Below, in pieces: positions 29,595-38,566 of a stretch of DNA of 40,120 nt. Source of the DNA: an uncultured delta proteobacterium (GTDB lineage Bacteria > Desulfobacterota > Binatia > HRBIN30 > BPIQ01). The stretch lies in the NCBI GenBank assembly GCA_963761335.1, contig CAVXGR010000001.1, positions 1 through 40,120 of the forward strand. The letters run 5' to 3'. The first letter of the stretch is position 1. Each line of letters opens with the position of its first letter. Under the pieces are notes generated by a model. That model made no database searches. It was given only the letters and a program-made list of their open reading frames with translations, and was not told the DNA's origin. The position numbers and the translations under genes were made by a program.

Positions 29595-29603
29595 TGCCCG
29601 CCA

Positions 29604-30083
29604 TTGTCCCCGCAAAAGAACATCCTGATCATCTGCCACGCCAATACTTCTCGCAGCGTCATCGCCGAGGCGTTGTTGAAGAGGATGTTGGAGGAGCGTG
29701 CCCTGCACGAGCACCTCACCGTGCAGTCCGGCGGCATTGCCGCCTATGCGCGGGACGGCGCGCTGGTGTCGATGGATGCGCGTCTGGTGCTGCGCGAGGC
29801 GGGGATCGACATCCCGGCCAATTCGGTGAGCACCGATCTGAAGAGAAACCGCCACCTGGTCGAGGGCGCCGACCTGATTCTCGCCATGACCGCAGAGCAG
29901 GTGCACATGCTGCGCGAGGCCTTTCCCGAGGCGGCGGGCAAGGAGGTCTACACGCTCCACGAGTTCGCCGGTGGCAGCGGCGACATCGAGGATCCCGCCG
30001 GACGCGGCGACGACGTCTATGCGAGCTGCCGCGACGAGATCCAGGCGGCTCTCGACCGCGTCGTCGCGCGGCTGTGCGAGTAG
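29604..30083 (+). CDS. low-molecular-weight protein tyrosine/arginine phosphatase family
   Basis: P-loop CHANTSRS (CX5R), ADLILAM, DIEDP; TTG start inferred. Confidence 0.88.
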   Translation: MSPQKNILIICHANTSRSVIAEALLKRMLEERALHEHLTVQSGGIAAYARDGALVSMDARLVLREAGIDIPANSVSTDLKRNRHLVEGADLILAMTAEQVHMLREAFPEAAGKEVYTLHEFAGGSGDIEDPAGRGDDVYASCRDEIQAALDRVVARLCE

Positions 30084-30187
30084 ATTCCGCGAGGGGACAG
30101 TGTGCATGAGCCTGCGGCTCGCCAGCAGACGATGAAAATGAGGCTGGGGATCTGCGCCGGCAAGAGACTTGGAGGTCCTCGCCCGGC

Positions 30188-30573
30188 TGAAGTTCGCCCC
30201 GGAGGGGCGGTGGTGTGTAGCCCCGGGTGAAACCCGGGGAAGAATTGAAGTTCGCCCCGGAGGGGCGGTGGCGTGTAGCCCCGGGTGAAACCCGGGGAAG
30301 AATGCGCGCTCCGTCAGGCGCGCCCCGCCAGGGGCGCGGGCAAGTTTTCGTCGATGTCACGCCTGTACGCCGATGATCACCGCTGGGTGCGTGGGACGCT
30401 CATCGACGTGATTCACGCGGCCTCTACGCCCGCGCCCCTGCGGGGCGCTGATCTGGGCCAATCGAAACGCGGTCCCCGGGTTAACACCCGGGGCTACATG
30501 CCTGCGCCCCTCCGGGGCGATAAGCCTCCACGCCAAGCGCCGGGGCTCCGACAGACCCTCCGGGGCGATGAGC
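30188..30573. mobile_element. REPIN/MITE-like element, copy 2, with 58-bp tandem duplication of the left arm
   Basis: 30188-30245 and 30246-30303 differ by one base; inner inverted repeats 30320-30341 / 30428-30448; right arm 30473-30520; extra partial arm to about 30573. Confidence 0.75.
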
Positions 30574-30707
30574 TCCACACCAAGTGCCGAGGCTCCGCCA
30601 GACCTTCACCCAACAGATTTTCGAAGCAGGCTCCTTTTCGGCGCGAAGACGGGCGTCGAACGAGGGCAGGTCAGCGGTCGCCGAAAAGGTGCCTGTCCCC
30701 GGCCCCC

Positions 30708-31982
30708 TCAGCGGCGCGGTAGGAACTCGCTCGGATAGCCGATGATCTCGGCCGCCGCCGGGGCTGCGGCGGCGGCCTGCGCGGGCGGCGCGAAGACGTA
30801 CAGGCGCCAGAGCTCGGCGTAGCGCTCCTCGAGGGCGCGGATCTCGGAGAGGCCTCCTCCCTCGGCTTGGTTGAGGCGCTCGAGACCTCGCGGCGTCTGC
30901 ACCAGCGCCTCGGCCTCCTTCATCACCGTCAGGGCCGGGCAGTAGAGGATGACCTCGTTCGCATCGCATCCCACCAGCCGGGCGATGTGCATCTCGGCCG
31001 CGGCGCGCGCCTGGCGATCGGCGTGGAAGCGCGCCACCAGGGCGGCGCGCGCCGGCAAGGCGACGCTGTGTGCCGAGAGCACGTAGCCGCGCTTCAGGAG
31101 GCGGCGTCGCCGCAGCCGCTCGATCAGAAGTCGCGCCCCCGGCTGCGAGGGCGCCGCGCTCGAGCCGTCGCGCAGCCGCTGCAGAAGCTCGGTGTCGCCG
31201 AGCTCGAGGAGGTCGTCCTCGCGCATACCGCCTTCCGCCTGCGCCAGCTCTACGGCCTTGGAGATCATGGCCCCGGCGGCGACCTTGGTGTGGTGGTAGT
31301 AGAGGCGCTCGGTGAGGAAGTAGCGCATGCGCAGCAGCTGGATCGTCTCCGAGCGCGCGTCCAGCCTCTCCATGCCGTGCTTGGCCATCTGGATGGCCAG
31401 CTGATCGCCGGCAATGGTGAAGTAGGAGAAGATGCGTTCGTCGTATGCCTGAGCCAGGCCGGCGTGGTATGAATCGCGCCGCAGGTAATCGAGCAGGTCC
31501 GCATCCACCGTGCTCGAGATTACCTGGCACGCCCACGGTGCGGCCCCCCCGCCGGCGCCGAGCAGCGCGGCGACCGTGTCGCGGCAGCCGAGCCGCTCGA
31601 GGCGATCTCCCAGCGGACCGGCGAGCAGCCGTTCGAGGCGCTGGCCCTTGTCGTGGCGGGGAAACAGGCAACGCTCGTCCTCGAGCGTGTGGCCGAAGGG
31701 GATATGCGTGACGTCGTGCAGCAGCGCCGCGGCGCCGATCTGCTCTTCGGTATCGGCGTCGATGGAGGCGCCGGCGCGCCGCAGCTGGCGCACCAGGCGG
31801 TGGGCGACGTGGCAGGTGCCAAGCGAATGCTCGAAGCGCGAATGCGTGCAGCCGGGATAGACGAGATAGGCGGTGCCCAGCTGCTTCACGCCGCGCAGCC
31901 GCTGCATTTCATTGCTGTCGAGGACGGCGCGTTCCAGTGAGCCGACGGTGATGTCGCCGTGAACCGGATCGCGAATGATCAT
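30708..31982 (-). CDS. HD-domain phosphohydrolase (YwfO/SAMHD1-like)
   Basis: IRDPVHG, MQRLRGVKQLG, YPGCTHSRFEHSLG, LLHDVTHIPFGH, DADLLDYLRRD, YYHH. Confidence 0.9.
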   Translation of the reverse strand: MIIRDPVHGDITVGSLERAVLDSNEMQRLRGVKQLGTAYLVYPGCTHSRFEHSLGTCHVAHRLVRQLRRAGASIDADTEEQIGAAALLHDVTHIPFGHTLEDERCLFPRHDKGQRLERLLAGPLGDRLERLGCRDTVAALLGAGGGAAPWACQVISSTVDADLLDYLRRDSYHAGLAQAYDERIFSYFTIAGDQLAIQMAKHGMERLDARSETIQLLRMRYFLTERLYYHHTKVAAGAMISKAVELAQAEGGMREDDLLELGDTELLQRLRDGSSAAPSQPGARLLIERLRRRRLLKRGYVLSAHSVALPARAALVARFHADRQARAAAEMHIARLVGCDANEVILYCPALTVMKEAEALVQTPRGLERLNQAEGGGLSEIRALEERYAELWRLYVFAPPAQAAAAAPAAAEIIGYPSEFLPRR

Positions 31983-31996
31983 GCCGATCCCTCGGC
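31983..31996 (-). promoter_or_regulatory. CsrA-type GGA stem-loop overlapping the RBS of the HD gene
   Basis: mRNA GCCG-AGGGAU-CGGC immediately 5' of the AUG. Confidence 0.5.
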
Positions 31997-32018
31997 TGCG
32001 GACCTCTGTGGCCGGCCT

Positions 32019-32465
32019 TCAGCCGGCCTGCCGCGGAGCGATGATCGGATGGCGCGTCGAGTATCGGCTATCGGAGAGAACCATCTGCCGGCCGAGGCGT
32101 GACTCCTGGTTCACCACCAGAGGTGCGAGGAGATTCGCCGTCGTGCGGATGGGATCCTCGGGAACGTTCAGAATCACCAGAACCGAGAGCGTCTCCGCCG
32201 CCGCCGCGCCGAGAACCTCGCACTCGGCGGCGGCGTCGACGGTATAGTCGGAGAAGAGCTGTGACGGGTCGGCCACCGCAAAGCCGACTTCTGGGTCATC
32301 GAGGGAGACGAGACATTTGAAGGGGCTGCTGGCCTTCTTGGACTTCACCACGGAGAAGCGGTGCAGATGGGGAAGCCCGATCAGCCCTTCGGGAAAATCG
32401 ATGACGGAGTCCTCGGAGACACTGATGCGGCCGAACCGGTTCGAGCGGATCGACTGCTCCGCCAT
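32019..32465 (-). CDS. fliW: FliW (CsrA antagonist / flagellar assembly factor)
   Basis: RFG.I......IDFPEGLIGLP, LVSLDDPEVGFAVADP, TANLLAPLVVN...GRQMVL. Confidence 0.93.
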   Translation of the reverse strand: MAEQSIRSNRFGRISVSEDSVIDFPEGLIGLPHLHRFSVVKSKKASSPFKCLVSLDDPEVGFAVADPSQLFSDYTVDAAAECEVLGAAAAETLSVLVILNVPEDPIRTTANLLAPLVVNQESRLGRQMVLSDSRYSTRHPIIAPRQAG

Positions 32466-32707
32466 CACTTCTTCTTCCGGAGGTCCGTCCAGACCCCGGC
32501 AACTCCTTCCAACCCGTCGCGTCCGGCGAGCTGCGCGTGTTCGTTTTCGTCATTCACCTGCTGATAGAGCTCCTCGCGCAACACGCGAACTTCAGTCGGA
32601 GCTTCGATGCCGAGGCGAATTTGGTTGCCCCGCACCTCCACAACTTGAATGCGAATGGATCCACCGATTCGAATCGATTGTCCTAGCTTCCGAGTCAAAA
32701 CAAGCAT
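32465..32707 (-). CDS. csrA: carbon storage regulator CsrA with C-terminal extension
   Basis: [15 protein letters not shown]...[18 protein letters not shown]...N; TGATG overlap with fliW. Confidence 0.96.
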   Translation of the reverse strand: MLVLTRKLGQSIRIGGSIRIQVVEVRGNQIRLGIEAPTEVRVLREELYQQVNDENEHAQLAGRDGLEGVAGVWTDLRKKK

Positions 32708-33184
32708 CGTGCCACCCCATGGCCGCCGCGGCACTCCGCACGCGCGGCCAGTCTGTGGACCGGATCACCTCTGCTGGCGCATCCAGCCCTGTTTTATGGC
32801 CCCCTTCAAGAACCCGACATTGAAGACAGCTCAAGAGGTTTGCTCGTCACTAGGCCAGAGGGCGCCGTCATGCGGCTCCGGCGAAGACACAACCCCGAAC
32901 GCTCCATTCTTTCTAAGTGCCGTTCCCGAGCCCGCTCCGCTCTCTTCATGCTTCCGACTTAATTTCAGAAGTATTGCCGTTCCGCCGAGACACCTCAAGA
33001 GCCCCGTTCAGAATATGAACGTTCCGGGACCCTCCCTATTCATATTCGTACTATCCCTTAGGGGAAAATCCCTAGAAGCGCTAGTTGTCAGACGCACGGA
33101 GGCGCCCTCTGCGGGCCAGTACGGAGATGTGGGATGGGCAGGTCGCATGCTCTGCCGCGGGTCGAAGCTCCGGCGGAGCATTCA

Positions 33185-34540
33185 TCAGAAGATCGCCTCC
33201 CATGCCTGCTGCAAGGAGGCCACGCCGCAGATCTCGACGCCGTCGGCGGCGCGAAGCTGCCGCTGCGAGAGCTCGGGGACGATGCAGCGGCGGAAGCCGA
33301 GCATGGCGGCCTCGCGCACGCGCGCTTCGACGTGGCCGACGGCGCGGATCTCACCGGCGAGGCCGACCTCGCCGATGAGCAGGGTGCGCGGCTCGAGAGG
33401 CCGGTCGAGGAAGCTCGAGGCGACCGCCGCCACCACCCCGAGATCGACGGCGGGCTCGTTGATGCGCACGCCGCCGGCGACGTTCACGAAGATGTCGTGA
33501 CCGGCGAGCTGGAGGCCCATCTTTTTCTCGAGGACGGCGTTCAGCACCGCCACCCGGTTGGGATCGAGGCCGAGCGTCGTCCGCCTGGGGGTTCCGAGAA
33601 CCGACGACGACACCAGCGCCTGAACCTCGACCAGGATCGGCCGGGTTCCCTCCATGGTCGCCACCACCGCCGAGCCGGGCACGTCGACCGGCCGCTCGGC
33701 GAGGAAGAGCGCCGACGGGTTCGCCACCGGCTGCAATCCGGTCTCCGACATCTCGAAGACGCCGATCTCGTTGGTCGAGCCGAAGCGGTTCTTCACGGCG
33801 CGCAGGATGCGGAACTGCTGGCCGCGGTCTCCCTCGAAGTAGAGGACGGTGTCGACCATGTGCTCGAGCGTGCGCGGCCCGGCGATGGCGCCGTCCTTGG
33901 TCACATGGCCGATGATGAACACGGCGCAGCCTTCCGCCTTGGCGAGTGCCACCAAGCGGGCGGCTCCCTCGCGCACCTGCCCGATGCTGCCGGCGCCCGA
34001 AGCCAGATCGCTGCAGTAGACCGTCTGGATCGAGTCGATCGCCGCCGCCGCCGGGCGCAGCTGGCGGATCTGCTCGACGATCGCCTCGAGGGAGGTCTCC
34101 GCCAGGACCAGCAACCGGGGAGCGACGATGCCGAGACGATCGGCCCGCATCTTGATCTGTTGGGGCGACTCCTCCCCCGAGACGTAGAGCGCGGTGCCGC
34201 GTCCCGCCAGAGCCGCGAGCCCCTGGAGGATGAGCGTCGATTTGCCGATCCCCGGGTCGCCGCCGACCAGCACGGCGGAGCCGGTGACCAGGCCGCCGCC
34301 GAGGACCCGGTCGAGCTCGCCGATGCCGAGGGCCAGGCGCTCCTCCTCGGCTCCGGCGACCTCGCCGATGGGCTGCGGCGGGCGGCGGGCTCCGCCGGGA
34401 CGCGCCCGCGCTTCGCTCGCCGGAGCCAGCCGCTCTTCGGTGAACGAGTTCCAGGCATCGCACTCGGGGCAGTGCCCCAGCCAGCGGCTGGCTTGATGAC
34501 CACACGACTGGCAGGCGTAAACCGTCCGCTCCCGCGCCAT
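33185..34540 (-). CDS. radA: DNA repair protein RadA/Sms
   Basis: CQSCG...GHCPEC zinc finger, GDPGIGKST, KNRFG, Lon-like C-terminus. Confidence 0.98.
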   Translation of the reverse strand: MARERTVYACQSCGHQASRWLGHCPECDAWNSFTEERLAPASEARARPGGARRPPQPIGEVAGAEEERLALGIGELDRVLGGGLVTGSAVLVGGDPGIGKSTLILQGLAALAGRGTALYVSGEESPQQIKMRADRLGIVAPRLLVLAETSLEAIVEQIRQLRPAAAAIDSIQTVYCSDLASGAGSIGQVREGAARLVALAKAEGCAVFIIGHVTKDGAIAGPRTLEHMVDTVLYFEGDRGQQFRILRAVKNRFGSTNEIGVFEMSETGLQPVANPSALFLAERPVDVPGSAVVATMEGTRPILVEVQALVSSSVLGTPRRTTLGLDPNRVAVLNAVLEKKMGLQLAGHDIFVNVAGGVRINEPAVDLGVVAAVASSFLDRPLEPRTLLIGEVGLAGEIRAVGHVEARVREAAMLGFRRCIVPELSQRQLRAADGVEICGVASLQQAWEAIF

Positions 34541-34555
34541 GGCGACTTTATTCCA

Positions 34556-34593
34556 CAACCGAGCCACCGAGTCACCGAGTCACCGAACCACGA
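34556..34593. repeat. 8-mer tandem repeat (YCACCGAG-like) x4-5 in the radA-bioF divergent intergenic region
   Basis: CAACCGAG CCACCGAG TCACCGAG TCACCGAA CCACGA. Confidence 0.75.
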
Positions 34594-34628
34594 TTGACAC
34601 ACTCCCCCTGTCCGACTATCGCCTGCCT

Positions 34629-35807
34629 ATGGCCAACCTCATCGCGGCGGCCGCCGAGGACCTGGCGCAGCAGTCGCGCGCCGGGTTGCGCCGGGCGTTG
34701 CGCTGGAGCGACGGGCCGCAGGAAGCCTGGCTGCAGCTCGAAGGTCGCCGGGTTCTCTCCCTGTGCTCCAACGACTATCTGGGCCTCGCCAGTCATCCGG
34801 CGCTGCGCAACGCCGCCGCCGATGCCGCCATCGCCCTCGGTGTCGGTGCCGGTGCCTCGCGGCTCATCTCGGGATCGATGCGGATTCATCGCCGCTTGGA
34901 GGAGCGCCTCGCGGAGTTCGAGCAAACCGAGGCCGCCCTGCTTTTCCCCTCCGGCTATCAGGCCAACATCGGCGCCATCACCGCGCTCGTCGGACCGCGC
35001 GACGAGATCTTCAGTGACGAGCTCAACCACGCCAGCATCATCGACGGATGCCGGCTGTCGCGGGCGCGGGTTCATGTCTATCCGCACGGCGACCTCGAGG
35101 TCCTGGCGGCGGCACTGGCGCGCAGCACGGCGCGCCGCAAGCTGGTAGTCAGCGACGGCGTCTTCAGCATGGACGGCGACCTGGCGCCGCTGCCGCAGAT
35201 CTGCGATCTCGCCGAGCGCCACGGAGCCATGGTCATGATCGACGAGGCGCACGGCACGGGAGTCCTCGGCGCCAGCGGCGCCGGCGCCGCCGAGCACCTC
35301 GGGGTGAGCCAGCGCGTCGACGTCAAGATGATCACCCTCGGCAAGGCGCTCGGCGCCGCCGGCGCCGCCGTGTGCGGCAGCCGCGTGCTCGTCGATCTGC
35401 TCGTCAACCGGGCGCGCTCCTTCATCTACACCACGGCGGCGCCGCCGCCGGTGACGGCGGCGGCGCTCGCCGCCGTCGACCTGGTGGTGCGCGAGCCCGA
35501 GCGCCGCACGCGTTTGGCGGCGGTCGGTCGGCGGCTGCGCCGCGAGCTCGCCGCCGCCGGCTATGACGTCGCCGACGGGGTCACGCCGATCATCCCGGTG
35601 CACGTCGGCGGCAACGAGGAGGCGGTCGCCCTCTCCGGCCGCTTGCTCGAGGAGGGCGTCTTCGTGCAGGCGATTCGGCCGCCGACGGTGCCGCCCGGCA
35701 CGGCGCGCCTGCGCGTCGCGGTGATGGCGACGCACACCGATGCCGATATCGCCCACGCCGTCGCCGCCTTCCGCGCCGCCCGGGGATTGCTGGAGAACAT
35801 CGGCTGA
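34629..35807 (+). CDS. bioF: 8-amino-7-oxononanoate synthase
   Basis: SNDYLGL, GASRLISG, NHASIIDG, FSMDGD, DEAHG, TLGKALG, AIRPPTVP. Confidence 0.95.
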   Translation: MANLIAAAAEDLAQQSRAGLRRALRWSDGPQEAWLQLEGRRVLSLCSNDYLGLASHPALRNAAADAAIALGVGAGASRLISGSMRIHRRLEERLAEFEQTEAALLFPSGYQANIGAITALVGPRDEIFSDELNHASIIDGCRLSRARVHVYPHGDLEVLAAALARSTARRKLVVSDGVFSMDGDLAPLPQICDLAERHGAMVMIDEAHGTGVLGASGAGAAEHLGVSQRVDVKMITLGKALGAAGAAVCGSRVLVDLLVNRARSFIYTTAAPPPVTAAALAAVDLVVREPERRTRLAAVGRRLRRELAAAGYDVADGVTPIIPVHVGGNEEAVALSGRLLEEGVFVQAIRPPTVPPGTARLRVAVMATHTDADIAHAVAAFRAARGLLENIG

Positions 35808-37159
35808 TGGCGAGCCGCGGCGAGCTGGCGGCCTGGGATCACGCCTATCTCTGGCATCCGTTCACCCAGATGCGCGACTGGCTCGCCGAGGAGCCGCTGA
35901 TCATCGAGGGCGGTGAGGGCAACGAGCTGATCGACGTCGACGGGCGGCGCTACCTCGATGGGGTGTCGTCGCTCTGGTGCAACGTGCACGGCCATCGCCA
36001 TGCCGTCCTCGATGCCGCCCTGCGGCAACAGGCAGAGCGCATTGCGCACTCCACTCTGCTCGGCCTGTCGAGCGTGCCGTCGATCGAGCTGGCGCGGGCC
36101 TTGATCGAGATCGCCCCGGCCGGCCTCCGACGCGTCTTCTACTCCGACGCCGGCGCCACGGCAGTCGAGATCGCCCTCAAGATCGCTTTCCAGTACTGGC
36201 AGATGCGCGAGCCGCGGCGGCGGCGCTTCGTGTCGCTCGCCGAGGCGTACCACGGCGATACCCTCGGCGCCGTGAGCGTCGGCTACTCCGAGGCCTTCCA
36301 CAGGTTCTTCCGACCTCTCTTGTTCGAGGCCCTCAAGATCGACCCACCGCACGTCTTCCGCTGGCAGCGCGGCATGGAGCCCGCCGCGGCCCTCGAGGCG
36401 GCGCTGGCGCAGGCCGAGCGCCTCTTCGCGCACGCGGGCGACGAGATTGCCGCGTTGATCATCGAGCCGATGATGCAGGGCGCCGCCGGCATGTGGAACC
36501 ATCCGCCGGAGTACCTGCGCGGTGTCTGCGAGATGGCGAAGAACGCCGGCGCGCTGGTGATCTGCGACGAGGTCGCCACCGGATTCGGTCGCACCGGCCG
36601 CATGTTCGCCGTCGAGCACGCCGGCGTCGCTCCCGATCTGCTCTGTCTCGGCAAGGGAATCACCGGGGGCTATCTGCCGCTCGCTGCCACCCTGGCGAGC
36701 GAGTCGATCTTCGAGGCCTTCCTCGCCGCCTACGAGGAGTTCCACGCCTTCTTTCACGGCCACACCTACACCGGGAACGCTCTGGCGTGCGCTGTGGCCA
36801 CCGCCAACTTGAAGCTCTTCGCCGAAGAGGCGGTCGTCGAGCGCGCCTGCCGGCGCGCCGCCCTCCTCGATCAGCTCCTGGCGCGCGAGGTCGCCGGGCT
36901 CGAGCACGTCGGCGACGTCCGCCAGGTCGGATTGATGATCGGCATCGAGCTGGTGCGCGATCGCCGCCGGCGCCAGCCCTATGACCCGGCGGAGCGCATC
37001 GGCGCCCGCGTCTGCGCTGAGATCCGCCGCCGCGGAGTCATTCTCCGTCCCCTCGGCCCGGTGGTGATCCTCATGCCCCCGCTCAGCATCCGCGAAGACG
37101 AGCTGCGCCATCTGGTGTCTTCCTGCGCCGCCGCCATTGGCGCGGTCACCGAGCCGTGA
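35807..37159 (+). CDS. bioA: 7,8-diaminopelargonate aminotransferase
   Basis: LWHPFTQM, SSLWCNVHGH, YHGDT, DEVATGFGRTG, GKGITGGYLPL, HGHTYTGN. Confidence 0.96.
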   Translation: MASRGELAAWDHAYLWHPFTQMRDWLAEEPLIIEGGEGNELIDVDGRRYLDGVSSLWCNVHGHRHAVLDAALRQQAERIAHSTLLGLSSVPSIELARALIEIAPAGLRRVFYSDAGATAVEIALKIAFQYWQMREPRRRRFVSLAEAYHGDTLGAVSVGYSEAFHRFFRPLLFEALKIDPPHVFRWQRGMEPAAALEAALAQAERLFAHAGDEIAALIIEPMMQGAAGMWNHPPEYLRGVCEMAKNAGALVICDEVATGFGRTGRMFAVEHAGVAPDLLCLGKGITGGYLPLAATLASESIFEAFLAAYEEFHAFFHGHTYTGNALACAVATANLKLFAEEAVVERACRRAALLDQLLAREVAGLEHVGDVRQVGLMIGIELVRDRRRRQPYDPAERIGARVCAEIRRRGVILRPLGPVVILMPPLSIREDELRHLVSSCAAAIGAVTEP

Positions 37160-37421
37160 TCGGGCGGCTTTCCGGGATCGCGGTTCGCTGGATCGAGGGG
37201 TTACTGAACCAACCCGAGAGCCCGCCAACCCGGTAGCCATCCGCGGCATTTCCCCCGCCCCCTTGGGGCAACCGACCCACCGCGGGGGCCTTGGGAAGGA
37301 TGCGGCACTCCGGTGAATCGTTCGCCCGTTTTGGAACATTCTGCTGCCGAATCTTGCGATCTGCTGCAGATCTGCCGCTGGCAAGCCCCACGGCACGTTC
37401 AATCTTGTGGCAATTTCGAGA

Positions 37422-37436
37422 CGGCACGGGATCTGC
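37422..37436 (+). promoter_or_regulatory. putative sigma54 (-24/-12) promoter
   Basis: CGGCACGGGATCTGC has exact GG-N10-GC spacing, 33 nt upstream of ATG 37470. Confidence 0.55.
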
Positions 37437-37469
37437 TGCACCTCTTGGAGACTTCAAGGAGCAGGAACC

Positions 37470-37634
37470 ATGACCATGACCCCGACGTATGCAGACATCG
37501 AGATGCTGACCGAAGAGACGCGGTGGCAGGATCGTGCGCCGCAGATGCCGTTGGTCGGTTTCGTCATCGGCACTGGGCTGAGTCTGCTATTCTGGGGAGC
37601 GCTTGCCTGGGGCGCCTGGATCCTCGTCGCCTGA
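37470..37634 (+). CDS. small single-pass membrane protein, 54 aa
   Basis: AAGGAG RBS; acidic N-terminus and C-terminal TM helix (LVGFVIGTGLSLLFWGALAWGAWILVA). Confidence 0.65.
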   Translation: MTMTPTYADIEMLTEETRWQDRAPQMPLVGFVIGTGLSLLFWGALAWGAWILVA

Positions 37635-37714
37635 GCCCCGTCTCTTTCTTCCCCTTCCGCCCGCTGCTCGGCGCCGCGATGTCCAGGAGCATTTTCCTGG
37701 GCCCGGCCGGGTAG

Positions 37715-38533
<819 letters not shown>

Positions 38534-38566
38534 TCCGCCGGAGAAACGCATGTCGGCTGGTGATCC

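Noticed and set aside
30188..30303. Possible CRISPR array
   Set aside because: Two contiguous units with no unique spacer and no cas genes; part of a REP-like element
32700..32714. sigma54-like TGGCACGATGCTTGT on the minus strand
   Set aside because: Overlaps the csrA start codon, is largely dictated by the Met-Leu-Val codons, and has GT instead of the conserved GC at -12
32649..33500. 283-aa plus-strand ORF across the csrA-radA gap
   Set aside because: Overlaps both genes antisense, with no RBS or recognisable motifs
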